A stretch of 64,000 bases of DNA from a virus. Lineage: Duplodnaviria; Heunggongvirae; Uroviricota; Caudoviricetes. This document shows, piece after piece, positions 1 through 10,434 of the stretch. The notes under the pieces are model-generated. The model was not told the origin of the DNA. It ran no database searches and saw only the letters and a program-made list of their open reading frames with translations. The stretch spans positions 46,839-110,838 of the IMG/VR virus record IMGVR_UViG_3300008085_000025; one strand, given 5' to 3'. Every line of letters starts with the position of its first letter. Within the stretch, counting starts at the first letter, position 1. A program made the translations under genes and the position numbers.

Positions 1-52
1 TGTTGATTGGACAGAAGCTTGATGATTTCGAAGCGGTGGAGAGAACCTAATC

Positions 53-1669
53 ATGAGTGTAACTTACGACCTAAAAAAGACTGACAGGACGAAATCCGAA
101 ATATCTGTCGATGAAAATACCAGAGTTAGCAACATCGTTGATATTGTGCTGTTTGGTTATAAAGAATTAGAATACGGTCGTGAGTTGAATGAAAACATTC
201 TTCACATTTTAGAAAATTTCGCATGCCCGGAAGACCCCGACAATGTGGGAAACCCCGATGTTTCTAGAGCCAACTACGGGAAATTGGACGGGAGACAGAT
301 TGAAGGGCAGTTTTGGTACAACACTACCCGGTCAGTATTAAATTTTTGGGATGGGACACAATGGGTTCCGCTTTCAAATTTCGGTGAGGACATAGCAGCG
401 AATTGGGGCCAGATATTACACGGTGAGCAGCTTCCTAGACCGCAGTCCGTGTCAGGATACCTTTTTCCTTATGAAGAGTGTAGTTGGATAGTTTCTCCTT
501 TCAATCAGGTAGACACTATGGGGAATATGGTTTGTAGAACTGACGAAGTAGCTACAGTTCAGATGACGTACTTGTACGATGGCGATGTTGTTGATACAAA
601 CGCTATTGCGAACTATTTAATTGTTGGGATTAGAGGAAACAACAACATTGGAACACAATTACCGGTTCCAACACCTTTGCCATCTGTTGGTGTAACTCCT
701 TCTCCGACTCCGACATCAACACCGGGAGCATCTCCGACACCTACACCATCTGTTACACCTTCGCAGTTCTCATTCCCAACACCTACGCCCACTCCGTCGC
801 CTGAGTATTCTCCACTAGGATTAACTTTCAACGTCGCTGAGTTTTTTGGTAGTTGTACTGCGGTCTCCAGTTGTACCGCATCTGACGTAGTATCGTCTTT
901 CAATTACACAGTATCTGGGGGAAGTGGAAACTTTAGTTATCTGTGGGAGTACGTATCTGGATCAACGTTTAGCATTGCTGGTGGAGTAACTTCACCCACA
1001 CCAACTCTGTCTAGATTTGCCGCCGTGTCTTCTTCTGCGTACACTGGTACTGGTAGGTTGACGGTTGTGGATAACATTACAGGTGAGTCTGTAAACAGAA
1101 CCTTTACTTTCAGAACTGTTCATAGTTCTAGTGTGGCCCCATCACCTACGCCGGTGACACCAACGCCGTCGCCCGTACCACCAACTCCATCACCGGTAGC
1201 ACCATCCCCCACACCGCTACCGTCACCGTCACCAATACCGCCATCACCTTCTCCGGTAGCACCGTTGGTAGCAACTGACGAGGGTGGTTGTGATTACAAC
1301 GCGGGTAACACCAGTTTGCTTTGTATTCCGGTAGGAACTGTTGACATTGTCGACGGTGCGTCATATAGCCCGATCATAGCCGTTGGAGTTACAGGGGGTC
1401 AGGGCCCGTATACGTATGAAGTTATTGCGTCTTCGGTGGGTTCAGCTTCTCCGCAGGTGGTGTCGATTACTGCTGATCATACTTCGAATGGTGGCACTTT
1501 ATCGTTCTCCGTTCAAGGAAATGCTGGCGGACCGGATGCTCCGTTGACCGTCACGGTATCTGGAGTGTACACTGTAAGGGTTACTGACGCTCTCGGAAAC
1601 ACTAGCACGGTTAACGTGACTTGTCAGTCTACACACGGCTACTTCTGTAACAATGTGCCGGTTGAGTAA
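53..1669 (+). CDS. Modular structural protein with Pro/Thr/Ser-rich linkers (PTPTPSP repeats) separating Ig-like domains; putative fibre or capsid-decoration protein
   Basis: 538-aa ORF; three PT-rich linker blocks; Hoc/BIG-like segment (FNYTVSGGSG...YLWEY...). Confidence 0.6.
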   Translation: MSVTYDLKKTDRTKSEISVDENTRVSNIVDIVLFGYKELEYGRELNENILHILENFACPEDPDNVGNPDVSRANYGKLDGRQIEGQFWYNTTRSVLNFWDGTQWVPLSNFGEDIAANWGQILHGEQLPRPQSVSGYLFPYEECSWIVSPFNQVDTMGNMVCRTDEVATVQMTYLYDGDVVDTNAIANYLIVGIRGNNNIGTQLPVPTPLPSVGVTPSPTPTSTPGASPTPTPSVTPSQFSFPTPTPTPSPEYSPLGLTFNVAEFFGSCTAVSSCTASDVVSSFNYTVSGGSGNFSYLWEYVSGSTFSIAGGVTSPTPTLSRFAAVSSSAYTGTGRLTVVDNITGESVNRTFTFRTVHSSSVAPSPTPVTPTPSPVPPTPSPVAPSPTPLPSPSPIPPSPSPVAPLVATDEGGCDYNAGNTSLLCIPVGTVDIVDGASYSPIIAVGVTGGQGPYTYEVIASSVGSASPQVVSITADHTSNGGTLSFSVQGNAGGPDAPLTVTVSGVYTVRVTDALGNTSTVNVTCQSTHGYFCNNVPVE

Positions 1670-1674
1670 ACGAT

Positions 1675-2352
1675 ATGGATACTATGGAAATTAAAAATCT
1701 AAAAACATCAAAAACTGAAAAACAGATTCAGGATGAGATTAATGCTGTTAAGGCCAAAAGGAAAACTCAACTATCGCAAACAGATTGGACACAGTTAGAT
1801 GATGTTAACCTACAAAATTCAGAAGAATTTAGGAATTGGAGAAAGGCCCTAAGAGAGTTAAACATTACTTCACTGAAAGATAAATCCTTGCTAGATGATT
1901 TGATTATTAACAAGCCAGTCCCACGAGTTTCAAAAGAAATTCCTACGCAAGAAGATAAAGATATCTCAGTGAAAGAATGTATCGTGGAAGACAGAGTCGA
2001 TGCTGAAAAATGTTTGACAAGTTTGTTGATAGAGGAAAAAAACTCTGAGTTAGTAGAGGCAGATGCTTCTAGTTATCCATTGTTCAGGCTTCTCCAAGAA
2101 GAATTGATCGAACATGATTTAGGACAAACACCACCAAAATTTCTTTCGAGATACATGGGGGCAGTTGGGTTAGACCCACAGGCAACGGAAGATCTTAAAG
2201 AGGTTGAAGAAATTTGCAAAAACTTCTTTGCAACGGTTAATGAGATTTTTTTCACGTTTGAATGTAAGATACGAAGCGTTTATACTATGTCCGAAGAGGA
2301 ATTGGATCAGGAGTTGAATAAACGTGGATATCGATATAGACCTATCAACTAA
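1675..2352 (+). CDS. hypothetical protein
   Basis: 225-aa ORF, coiled-coil-like, tightly spaced after previous gene. Confidence 0.5.
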   Translation: MDTMEIKNLKTSKTEKQIQDEINAVKAKRKTQLSQTDWTQLDDVNLQNSEEFRNWRKALRELNITSLKDKSLLDDLIINKPVPRVSKEIPTQEDKDISVKECIVEDRVDAEKCLTSLLIEEKNSELVEADASSYPLFRLLQEELIEHDLGQTPPKFLSRYMGAVGLDPQATEDLKEVEEICKNFFATVNEIFFTFECKIRSVYTMSEEELDQELNKRGYRYRPIN

Positions 2353-2899
2353 CGTAGATACAAAAAAGCTTTTTCCCAAAGCGATATCTGCTTCATCCAA
2401 CGAAAACGGAGAGCTTGTAAAGCACCTCGTCGGTCACTATTTCCAACACATTCCTGTTGATGAAGAAACCGGACTTTCTGCAATAACTTACAAAAGAGCA
2501 CTAGAGTATGGGTTTTTTAAAATCGACCTACTCCATTTGCGCTTATTGGATAATTTCAAATCAAAAGAACATTTGGAAAGTTATATGTTTCGAGAGCCAG
2601 ATTGGGGTTTGTTACAAAATGAAACTGTCGTGAAACGGCTTTTTCACCTGAGTAAATCGTATGAGCTATTGTGTCGCGTTAAACCTTCGTCTGTTTTGGA
2701 AGTAGCAGACTGTTTGGCGTTGATTCGTCCGGGAAAGGCTTTATTGATAAATAGTTATATCAAAGACAAAAAGGCAATTAGACAAGAGTTGTATAAAAAA
2801 GAAAAACCCAGTGATCTGAGAAAATCTCACGCAATTCCATATGCATATCTGGTAATAGCGCAACTCAATCTAATTGAAGACAACCTATATGAAGCTTAA
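2324..2899 (+). CDS. hypothetical protein
   Basis: 191-aa ORF overlapping neighbours by short ATG-overlaps. Confidence 0.45.
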   Translation: MDIDIDLSTNVDTKKLFPKAISASSNENGELVKHLVGHYFQHIPVDEETGLSAITYKRALEYGFFKIDLLHLRLLDNFKSKEHLESYMFREPDWGLLQNETVVKRLFHLSKSYELLCRVKPSSVLEVADCLALIRPGKALLINSYIKDKKAIRQELYKKEKPSDLRKSHAIPYAYLVIAQLNLIEDNLYEA

Positions 2900-3221
2900 T
2901 AATATCTTCGAAAACCAAATTTCACTATCAAATCGTCAAAAATACATATTGGCGACTATAAAATCGGCAGCTACGCCCCTGTTGGCATACGAGTCAATAG
3001 TGGACAGTGAGCCAGATGTGGTGGCCTCTAAATTGCTTGCTCGGTATGGGTTCATTGAGGTGTCGTCTAAGGAAGGAAAAGCTGTATTAACAACAAAGGG
3101 CGAAGAAGCGGTTGTTGAGTATGGCATAGCAGATGAAACCGGTCAACTTACCGACACTGGGACCGAGTTGGTTAATAACTACGGTAACGGAGAAGAAGAA
3201 TCAGGAGAGATAGTCAGTTAA
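2874..3221 (+). CDS. hypothetical protein
   Basis: 115-aa ORF. Confidence 0.45.
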   Translation: MKTTYMKLNNIFENQISLSNRQKYILATIKSAATPLLAYESIVDSEPDVVASKLLARYGFIEVSSKEGKAVLTTKGEEAVVEYGIADETGQLTDTGTELVNNYGNGEEESGEIVS

Positions 3222-3677
3222 TGTTTTGAAATCTGCTACGGAATCTTGAAAGTTTTCGGTATTTTTATGAATCTTGCGTTTTCTTTTTCTAATTTTCCTA
3301 GGGTTGCTAACATCAAAAAAATACACAGGCCCAATGATTCTGGAAACGTAATCTATTGAGTAGCTTTTTACGATTTTGGACGACTCATGGTCGAACCCCT
3401 CTTTACAAAATTCCACTGAAACCGGGTACTGGTCTCTGTTAGCAGCATACCATTGCCTAGCAATTTCAATTACTCTTTCTTCAGAAACTCCAAGAGGTCC
3501 ACACAAATCCAAGCAAAAAGCAGTGATATGCCTTTTCCCTACATTATCTATGATTGACAAATTTTTCTCATCATTGTATTTTATCAATGTTACGAATTCG
3601 TACCCCTTGTATGATAGGGGGTAGTCTTCTATAACTAAGGGAAATTCTGAATTGCTTTTTAGTCTCTTGATTTCCAT
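3201..3677 (-). CDS. hypothetical protein with basic C-terminus (lone minus-strand gene in a plus block)
   Basis: 158-aa ORF; C-terminal KIRKRKRKIHK. Confidence 0.45.
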   Translation of the reverse strand: MEIKRLKSNSEFPLVIEDYPLSYKGYEFVTLIKYNDEKNLSIIDNVGKRHITAFCLDLCGPLGVSEERVIEIARQWYAANRDQYPVSVEFCKEGFDHESSKIVKSYSIDYVSRIIGPVYFFDVSNPRKIRKRKRKIHKNTENFQDSVADFKTLTDYLS

Positions 3678-3772
3678 GTCTTTAAAAAAAATTATAGTTA
3701 TTGGAATATGATGGTATTTATACAGCGTTCTGGAATACCGAATAAATACAAAAGAATTATTATACAGGGTTA

Positions 3773-4222
3773 ATGATGTTCAAAATTTATCGATATGAAG
3801 ATGATGAAGAGTTAAACAGGGATGATCTGTCAGATTTTGATCTTGAAGAAGACGATGCTCCGGAAGAGGACCAAAGCGAAACAGATTTTCCAGACGATTC
3901 TTCGGACAATTTCTCCGGAGAGAACACCGAAGACGGGGAAGCCGCAGAAAAACAGGAAGATCCAGATTTTGCTGGAACGATAAGAACGGTAGTTGGTGCC
4001 GCTCTCGTATACAAAAGAAAAGCAAAATCCAACACTTTCGAAGAACTTTGGATTTACAATGCAAACAACGATCTTAAAAAGATGACAGAAATTCGGAACA
4101 GTATCCTCGCTGGGACAGACATTGACCCACACACCGAAAGATCAGATGACGGCACACAAACTTGTGACACAACAACAATTGGAAATGTACAATATTTGCA
4201 CATAAAAGGATTACCAAACTAA
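3773..4222 (+). CDS. acidic hypothetical protein
   Basis: 149-aa ORF; N-terminal D/E-rich segment. Confidence 0.5.
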   Translation: MMFKIYRYEDDEELNRDDLSDFDLEEDDAPEEDQSETDFPDDSSDNFSGENTEDGEAAEKQEDPDFAGTIRTVVGAALVYKRKAKSNTFEELWIYNANNDLKKMTEIRNSILAGTDIDPHTERSDDGTQTCDTTTIGNVQYLHIKGLPN

Positions 4223-4650
4223 TGTATGTTGGATATCAATTAACAGACGCCGCTAGAAAAAAGTTAATGGAACTGTTTCCTCCGAAATACTCTAGGGTTT
4301 TCGGACACCATATAACTACTAAATTTGGCACTACCAACAAAGAAGATATTCCGGGATACACGGAGGAAGTAGAAGTGGTGGCATATTCTGACTCTGGAGA
4401 CGGTCTAGAAGCACTAGTGGTTCGTATAAACGGCGATTCCAGAAAAGAAGATGGAACCTTTTTTCATATTACATGGAGCTTGGACCCCGAGAAATACAAA
4501 CCCGTCGACAGTAATAGCGTTGTGTCGAAGAGTCAGAAAAAAATAACACCGGTAAATATCCAAGTGGAGCCAAGGATGTTTCAAGGAAAGACTCCTTTTA
4601 CGGACAAACATGCAAACGAGTCTTTCCTTGATTATCTCAAGAGAATATAA
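4222..4650 (+). CDS. hypothetical protein
   Basis: 142-aa ORF; start overlaps previous stop (TAATG). Confidence 0.5.
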   Translation: MYVGYQLTDAARKKLMELFPPKYSRVFGHHITTKFGTTNKEDIPGYTEEVEVVAYSDSGDGLEALVVRINGDSRKEDGTFFHITWSLDPEKYKPVDSNSVVSKSQKKITPVNIQVEPRMFQGKTPFTDKHANESFLDYLKRI

Positions 4651-4652
4651 TC

Positions 4653-4913
4653 ATGATAAAAGAAGAGAGAAAACAAATGGCAAAAGATTCAGTCGCAATT
4701 TCCCAGTACGAAATATTATTCAAGCATGAGTTTGCAGCATTTGTGGATATGCGAGAGGAATATAAAAAAGCCAAGACAAAAGTTAAAAGGGAGTTACTAG
4801 AAAAAAAGATTGCCAAACAACGCGGAAGAGCCTTGGGTGTGGGTATAAAACTTGCCGAATTGAAAGCATTACAAGAACAGATGAAAGCGAAACAGACGGA
4901 ACTAGAAAAGTGA
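4653..4913 (+). CDS. small coiled-coil protein
   Basis: 86-aa K/E-rich ORF. Confidence 0.4.
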   Translation: MIKEERKQMAKDSVAISQYEILFKHEFAAFVDMREEYKKAKTKVKRELLEKKIAKQRGRALGVGIKLAELKALQEQMKAKQTELEK

Positions 4914-5437
4914 TTGTAACTCTTTCTGGAACTCCGGGGAACGGAAAAAATCAAATCATTTCCGGTCTCAAAGAATACGGTTACAACGTAGTCTCAAAGA
5001 AAGGTGCTGATGGAACCATGCGGGGTCAATTTACGTTGATGAAAAACTACCGTACCCAAATGGAGATGTGTTTAAAATATGAATCTGACGAAGAAATTTG
5101 TATTTTTGAGTCATCTTTTGTCGATATGATAGTTTATACCGCCCTGTGGATAGGAATCTATGACGACAACATGGAAGAACTGAAAAGTATTCGAGAGAAA
5201 TGCATTGATTATCAGAATCAATATGTAGATCTTAATTTTAATCTATATTCGGATACCAGCGATACCACATATTATAATGAAAACTGGAATGCCATAGCAA
5301 ATTTATACTATGGTAAAAAGGTTCAAATTCCTTATTTGCTTAATGGCTATAAGAGTGTAGAATATAATATCAAAGAAATAATTGAGGAAATCGAAGAGCA
5401 TGCATCAAAGCAACAAATATCTGTCGATACACGTTGA
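4910..5437 (+). CDS. P-loop NTPase (possible nucleotide kinase)
   Basis: LSGTPGNGK Walker-A-like motif near N-terminus. Confidence 0.45.
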   Translation: MIVTLSGTPGNGKNQIISGLKEYGYNVVSKKGADGTMRGQFTLMKNYRTQMEMCLKYESDEEICIFESSFVDMIVYTALWIGIYDDNMEELKSIREKCIDYQNQYVDLNFNLYSDTSDTTYYNENWNAIANLYYGKKVQIPYLLNGYKSVEYNIKEIIEEIEEHASKQQISVDTR

Positions 5438-5990
5438 AACTACTGGAATGAATTACGATCTTGAAAAGCTCCCTTGCGAGGGGCATGACATTGTAGTTGT
5501 GTCACTGGCCGTATGTGATTCTAAATTTAAATTACTTGATCGGATGACAGTCCATTTTAAACAGAAAGATTCTGATTATGGACAGCAGTACCATAAGATA
5601 ACACCAGATATTTTGGAAGAGTGTGGCGTGACAGAAGAAGAGGGTCTTGTTGAAGTTTCAAATTTCATTCTGAATCATTTTGACCCAGATGAATATATTG
5701 TTTGTTTGGGGCAAAATGTTCATTCGTTCACCCTCCCATTTTTCAAGCAATTTCTTTACCGGAATGAAGTATATTTTAAGTTTTCGGTTAATTCCATTGA
5801 AGTTTTTTCGCTTACTACCCCAACTATTGGTCCCTACACGATAGAAGAATTAATAGCGGTATTTGGTGATGTGGACGAGTTAAATGTAGAGGACGAAGAA
5901 ACTATTAAATACTTGTCGTTAATGAAGGCAGTCACATTTGTTTCTGTCACAAGGAAAATAAACAAATTATGGAACAGATTGACAGAATAA
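5382..5990 (+). CDS. DnaQ-like DEDD 3'-5' exonuclease-like protein
   Basis: LSIHVETTG...D.IVVVSLAV resembles Exo-I motif (hhD.ETTG); true start probably internal Met. Confidence 0.45.
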   Translation: MRKSKSMHQSNKYLSIHVETTGMNYDLEKLPCEGHDIVVVSLAVCDSKFKLLDRMTVHFKQKDSDYGQQYHKITPDILEECGVTEEEGLVEVSNFILNHFDPDEYIVCLGQNVHSFTLPFFKQFLYRNEVYFKFSVNSIEVFSLTTPTIGPYTIEELIAVFGDVDELNVEDEETIKYLSLMKAVTFVSVTRKINKLWNRLTE

Positions 5991-6229
5991 TTAAGTTCGT
6001 CAAATCTTTATCAGAAAGACAACAACTTTTGTCCAAATCGGTTGGAGGATATGACGCAAGAATAAAGACTCTCGAAAATATAGCTAAAGAAAATCGCAGA
6101 GTTATACAGAACCAAAACAGGGCCATACGAAATCAAGAACGAATCATTCGTCAGCTTACCAACGATTTCAACAATTCTAAAAACGAGATATCGGATTTGA
6201 AGAACACTCTCAAGAGCTTGCGGTCTTGA
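5969..6229 (+). CDS. small coiled-coil protein
   Basis: 86-aa ORF. Confidence 0.4.
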   Translation: MEQIDRIIKFVKSLSERQQLLSKSVGGYDARIKTLENIAKENRRVIQNQNRAIRNQERIIRQLTNDFNNSKNEISDLKNTLKSLRS

Positions 6230-6261
6230 TAAATACCTCTACGTAATTTGAGGTATTTATT

Positions 6262-6675
6262 ATGGCATTAGGCTGGAAACTGATAGGACAATCGGCATTA
6301 AGCTTTTTGAGGGTGGCTTGGCCTATTTTGTTTATCATAGGTGCTACTCTTTTTGTATCAAACCATTTTTATTTTGATCCCAAAATCGATAAGTTAAAAA
6401 CCGAAGTCAAAATGGTCACCGTAGAAAGAGATAATGCTAGAGCGACTATTGAAGAACAAAATAAAGCAATCATAGAACTTTCAAAGATATCCGAAAAAGT
6501 TACCCGAGAAGAGATCGAAGAGTTGAAAGACATGCTCGAAAGAATGTCAGAGGATAACAGGAAAGCCATTGAGTCTATCATAGATGCTGGTGTTCCCGAA
6601 GGTTGCGAAGATTCTAGACAATTTCTCATAGATATGATTAATCAATTACAATGGGAGCAATCTGATGGCAATTAA
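6262..6675 (+). CDS. membrane-anchored coiled-coil protein
   Basis: N-terminal hydrophobic helix then coiled coil. Confidence 0.45.
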   Translation: MALGWKLIGQSALSFLRVAWPILFIIGATLFVSNHFYFDPKIDKLKTEVKMVTVERDNARATIEEQNKAIIELSKISEKVTREEIEELKDMLERMSEDNRKAIESIIDAGVPEGCEDSRQFLIDMINQLQWEQSDGN

Positions 6676-7168
6676 ATTGACAATAATTCTTGTTTTTGTA
6701 ATATCTCTATTAGGATGTAGTATATTAGAGCCCAGAGTAGAATATCGAGATAAACTGGTTCCCGTGTACACAGTCCCAGAGCCACCAAAAATTGAAAGAC
6801 CCGAGTTACCAATTCACGGACCCCGATATGGGAATCTTTTGTTCTTGAGCAACCCAGACAACATTGGACAAATTGCACAAGATTATGCAGTGTCGTTGAG
6901 ATTGGCTTTGAACTATTCTACAGCCCAAGAAGAAATTATTGAAACATATCGAAGATTGTCCCAACAGGATTTCTCCGAAAAACTTTTTCCTATTCGGTCT
7001 ATCGGGAATGTTCAACTATTTTCTGGTGCTATGTCTAATGATTCCAAAGAGGCAGAAGTCATTTATAGTCAAGCCCAGTTTGAAACTTACGCGAGATTCT
7101 CTTTCGAGGATATTGTGGATAAATATGAAGAGAGAAAAAAAGAAATATTAAAAGATGAGACTGAATAA
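6665..7168 (+). CDS. putative lipoprotein
   Basis: Signal peptide with lipobox LLGCS. Confidence 0.5.
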   Translation: MAIKLTIILVFVISLLGCSILEPRVEYRDKLVPVYTVPEPPKIERPELPIHGPRYGNLLFLSNPDNIGQIAQDYAVSLRLALNYSTAQEEIIETYRRLSQQDFSEKLFPIRSIGNVQLFSGAMSNDSKEAEVIYSQAQFETYARFSFEDIVDKYEERKKEILKDETE

Positions 7169-7466
7169 CATTTTTGAGGGTAAAGAAAAAAACGAAATAG
7201 AGTTTAAAGACGAACACCCTGAGAAGAAGTTGCCCGACATAATCTATGCCAAAGTAAAAAGAAAGATTCGTGACGGTGCCAAAGATTATGACACTGAATG
7301 GAAAAACGCCATAGATTTGGTAGATTGGTCGTTAAACGAACTAAATATAAAGAAACCTACTGCAACACAGCCACGCTGGTCACAATACAAGGATTTGATA
7401 AAAAAATCCGTAGAAGAGTTGTCCAGAGCTAGGGGTGAGGATGCGGATTGGACTTTAGGAGTTTAA
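7155..7466 (+). CDS. hypothetical protein
   Basis: 103-aa ORF. Confidence 0.4.
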   Translation: MRLNNIFEGKEKNEIEFKDEHPEKKLPDIIYAKVKRKIRDGAKDYDTEWKNAIDLVDWSLNELNIKKPTATQPRWSQYKDLIKKSVEELSRARGEDADWTLGV

Positions 7467-7472
7467 AGAATT

Positions 7473-8993
7473 ATGGATAAAATTACCGAACAAATGTTGA
7501 GAATGGCGCAGCTTTCCGGGAATCCGGTTGACGCAAAGACGTTGAAACCTGTTGAGAGTGATTCTAATGGATCGGTCGAGCTTACCGAACAGGAATGGAA
7601 AGACATACCCATGAATCAAAAAATTGTCTTAGAAGGAAAAGAACACGTTGTGGCTTTTCAGAACAAATTTGTTCTTAAGCCTGTTACCATTAAGACCGAC
7701 GATAAAGGCAATACAAAAACCAACAAGGTCTCCGATTACGAGAAAGATGGTGGTGATGCTGAGAAGGTCAATAAAAAGATGACCGATAATGACACCGATG
7801 GTGGCACTAAAATGGTCAAGGAAGAACGCAGTGTCGGTCCGGTTAGCGATGAACAGCGTGAAGCCGGTAAAATGGTACACGATCACCTTACACACGGCAA
7901 GAAGAAATACGGCCTAGAAAAAGACATGACTCCCAAAGAAAAAGAAGATGCCGAATACGAAGAGATGATGAAAAAGAAACGCGAAAAGAAAGAGCCTGAC
8001 TCTTTCATCAAATCCAACTCTTTGAAAAATGCTACAATTGGTGAGACATACGAAAACAAACAGGAATTTGATGACAAAGACGCCGACGAATATTATGGTC
8101 TAGATCGCCAACGGGAAGATCGTTTAACGATTCCAAAACAATTGACAAGCTCCATCAATTCTAAAATTAAGGAAATAGCAGCTTCAATCGAGCACTACGA
8201 TGAAAAAGGATACAATGATGGAGACGGTGACAACTCGAACAAGATCAAGGCCATAAATGCCCTAGAGCAGATCAAATCCAACCTCTCTCTAAGAACTGAA
8301 GAAGGAATGAAACAAGCTCAGTTGTTTTTCCTGACTCTAATGAGTCCTATAACTGACTTGTTTCCTGCTGATGTCGTAAACTTCTTGGCTAAGGGTAGTT
8401 TGGAATCTGGTAAAGACAGTAGTACCCTTGATAAGGTTGAACCCTTTTCGACTTCCCTGAAGGAAACTTTTTCTGGTAAAAATTACATGTTTACAAACAA
8501 GAGTCGGTTTGACAAATTTTTTATGCAGGAAGTTTTACCAAGTTCTGGCATTCAGGACGACGTACCAGCTTACAACCAGATGTACATAGATTATGTGGAT
8601 TCTTTAGTTCGAGACGGGCAGCTACCAGCCAACGCTATTGATTGGATTCCACCAGAAATAAAAAAATTTCCTCTTAGAGAGTCTAAGGAACAGCGCAAAA
8701 TGTGGGACATTCTTGAAGAGCGTAAGAAAGCAAAAAAAGACCCATGTTGGAAAGGTTATACTCAACTCGGCACGAAGAAAAAGAATGGTAAAGATGTACC
8801 GAATTGTGTGAAAAACGGGACGAAAGGTGTGGTAGAGACTGTAGATGTTACGGGCTTTAATCCCAAATCACAAGGTGGAACTAGAAAAGAACTTTTGACG
8901 AAGTACACAAAAACCAAAAGTCCCGAAGACGCGGTAAAAGCTAGAAAAGCCGGGGCATCACCGGACGAACTAAAAGCTGCGAAAGACGCATAA
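7473..8993 (+). CDS. Lys/Glu-rich protein with C-terminal CWKGY...VPNCV motif
   Basis: 506-aa ORF followed by a rho-independent terminator. Confidence 0.55.
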   Translation: MDKITEQMLRMAQLSGNPVDAKTLKPVESDSNGSVELTEQEWKDIPMNQKIVLEGKEHVVAFQNKFVLKPVTIKTDDKGNTKTNKVSDYEKDGGDAEKVNKKMTDNDTDGGTKMVKEERSVGPVSDEQREAGKMVHDHLTHGKKKYGLEKDMTPKEKEDAEYEEMMKKKREKKEPDSFIKSNSLKNATIGETYENKQEFDDKDADEYYGLDRQREDRLTIPKQLTSSINSKIKEIAASIEHYDEKGYNDGDGDNSNKIKAINALEQIKSNLSLRTEEGMKQAQLFFLTLMSPITDLFPADVVNFLAKGSLESGKDSSTLDKVEPFSTSLKETFSGKNYMFTNKSRFDKFFMQEVLPSSGIQDDVPAYNQMYIDYVDSLVRDGQLPANAIDWIPPEIKKFPLRESKEQRKMWDILEERKKAKKDPCWKGYTQLGTKKKNGKDVPNCVKNGTKGVVETVDVTGFNPKSQGGTRKELLTKYTKTKSPEDAVKARKAGASPDELKAAKDA

Positions 8994-9011
8994 ACACGTA
9001 AAAACAAAAAA

Positions 9012-9035
9012 GGCTCTTGATAAAAGAGCCTTTTT
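9012..9035 (+). terminator. rho-independent terminator
   Basis: GGCTCTT-gataaa-AGAGCC hairpin followed by TTTTT. Confidence 0.7.
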
Positions 9036-9162
9036 CAATTACAATATTCTGCTTATTTTGAATTTTTTGTCTACTACAATTAAACAGTTTGTTTTAACTA
9101 AAGAAGTTAAATCGGGGTTGACATTAAGAAATTTTCTTGTATTTTTTCAGGTATGGAAAAAT

Positions 9163-9195
9163 TCTTGACATTTTGAGCGCAATATGTTATAAATA
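9163..9195 (+). promoter_or_regulatory. promoter region upstream of natV
   Basis: TTGACA -35 box plus TATAAATA (T4 late-type) at 9188-9195. Confidence 0.5.
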
Positions 9196-9257
9196 GTTTT
9201 GACGGAAGGAGTTTCCGTCTTTGAACCAAAAATTCAACCACATAGGAGTTATGGGTT

Positions 9258-10358
9258 ATGAAACATTACAACTTTACAGTCTTTATTGGCAGATTCCAGC
9301 CGCCCCACAGAGGCCACCTCGAAACAATTCGCAAAGCTTTAGAAATCTCCGATAAGCTTATTCTTATCTTAGGAAGTTCGAACGCTTCGCAAAACATTAA
9401 AAACCCTTTCACGGACGCCCAGAGGGCACATATGATTCTTTCTGCTTTTCCTAACGATGCTGATCGCATCAGCATTCAGCATGTTCAAGACAGGTTTTAT
9501 CAAAACAAATATTGGATTACCGATGTCCAGAAAACCGTGTTCGATGCAATCTCTCGTAGTGGGTGGCATGACAAGCCTTCAGTTGCTTTGATGGGTCATA
9601 AAAAGGATGAAAGCTCGTGGTATCTTGATTCGTTCCCACAGTGGGATTTTATCGAAACCGACTCTATCACGATCAGCGAAGACGATGATGTGATCATGCA
9701 TTCAACAGATATTCGAGAACTTTATTACAAGGGAATGCTTGGGTACATTCGTCACCCACTTGGTTCCGAGACCACATATAAGTTTATGAAGGATTTCATG
9801 ACTACCCCGGAATATGAAAACTTGAAACGGGAATATGAGGACGGTCTGGACTATGAAAGGCTGTTTGCAGCATATCCAGAAAAGTGGGCCGTTAATTTTC
9901 TATGTGCAGATGCGGTTGTGATCCAGTCCGGTCATATTCTGCTTGTCAGACGGGCTGAGAGACCCGGTAAGGGGCTTTGGGCACTTCCGGGTGGCCACGT
10001 AAACTCTACCGAGACAACATTCGACGCGGCGATCAGAGAGCTTAAGGAAGAGACCTCTCTAAAGGTTCCAGAAAAGGTTCTTAGAGGGAGTATGGTCGAT
10101 TCAAAGTTCTTCGATCACCCTGATCGTTCTTTGCGTGGCAGGGTTCATACCAAGCGTGGTAGAACAGTTACAATGGCTTATTGCTTTTCATTGAACGACG
10201 GCCATAAACTGCCCAAGGTCGTTGGGGCCTCTGATGCTAGTGAAGTCAAGGGTGGTGCCGCATGGTGGTTCCCAATTAGTGAATTTAAGGTAATGAGGAA
10301 CCAAATGTTTGAAGACCATTATGACATTGCAAATTATTTCATTGATTCAATGGAGTGA
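9258..10358 (+). CDS. natV: Bifunctional nicotinamide-nucleotide adenylyltransferase / Nudix hydrolase (NatV-like)
   Basis: N-terminal GRFQPPHRGH (HxGH nucleotidyltransferase motif); C-terminal Nudix box GGHVNSTETTFDAAIRELKEETSL. Confidence 0.9.
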   Translation: MKHYNFTVFIGRFQPPHRGHLETIRKALEISDKLILILGSSNASQNIKNPFTDAQRAHMILSAFPNDADRISIQHVQDRFYQNKYWITDVQKTVFDAISRSGWHDKPSVALMGHKKDESSWYLDSFPQWDFIETDSITISEDDDVIMHSTDIRELYYKGMLGYIRHPLGSETTYKFMKDFMTTPEYENLKREYEDGLDYERLFAAYPEKWAVNFLCADAVVIQSGHILLVRRAERPGKGLWALPGGHVNSTETTFDAAIRELKEETSLKVPEKVLRGSMVDSKFFDHPDRSLRGRVHTKRGRTVTMAYCFSLNDGHKLPKVVGASDASEVKGGAAWWFPISEFKVMRNQMFEDHYDIANYFIDSME

Positions 10359-10399
10359 GACCAGTACTAATATAAATCTAAACACGGATAGGTATCTAA

Positions 10400-10407
10400 T
10401 ATAAATA
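10400..10407 (+). promoter_or_regulatory. T4-type late promoter motif TATAAATA upstream of the HNH gene
   Basis: Exact TATAAATA about 28 nt upstream of the ATG. Confidence 0.4.
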
Positions 10408-10434
10408 CCTGATAGAAATGATTAGGTATTTCGC

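Noticed and set aside
613-1364. Minus-strand ORFs inside the PT-repeat gene
   Set aside because: Generated by the repetitive ACN/CCN codon periodicity of the Pro/Thr linkers on the opposite strand
3780-4132. Three overlapping minus-strand ORFs
   Set aside because: Antisense to the acidic protein gene 3773..4222; serine/leucine-rich artefacts of the GAA/GAT-rich sense strand
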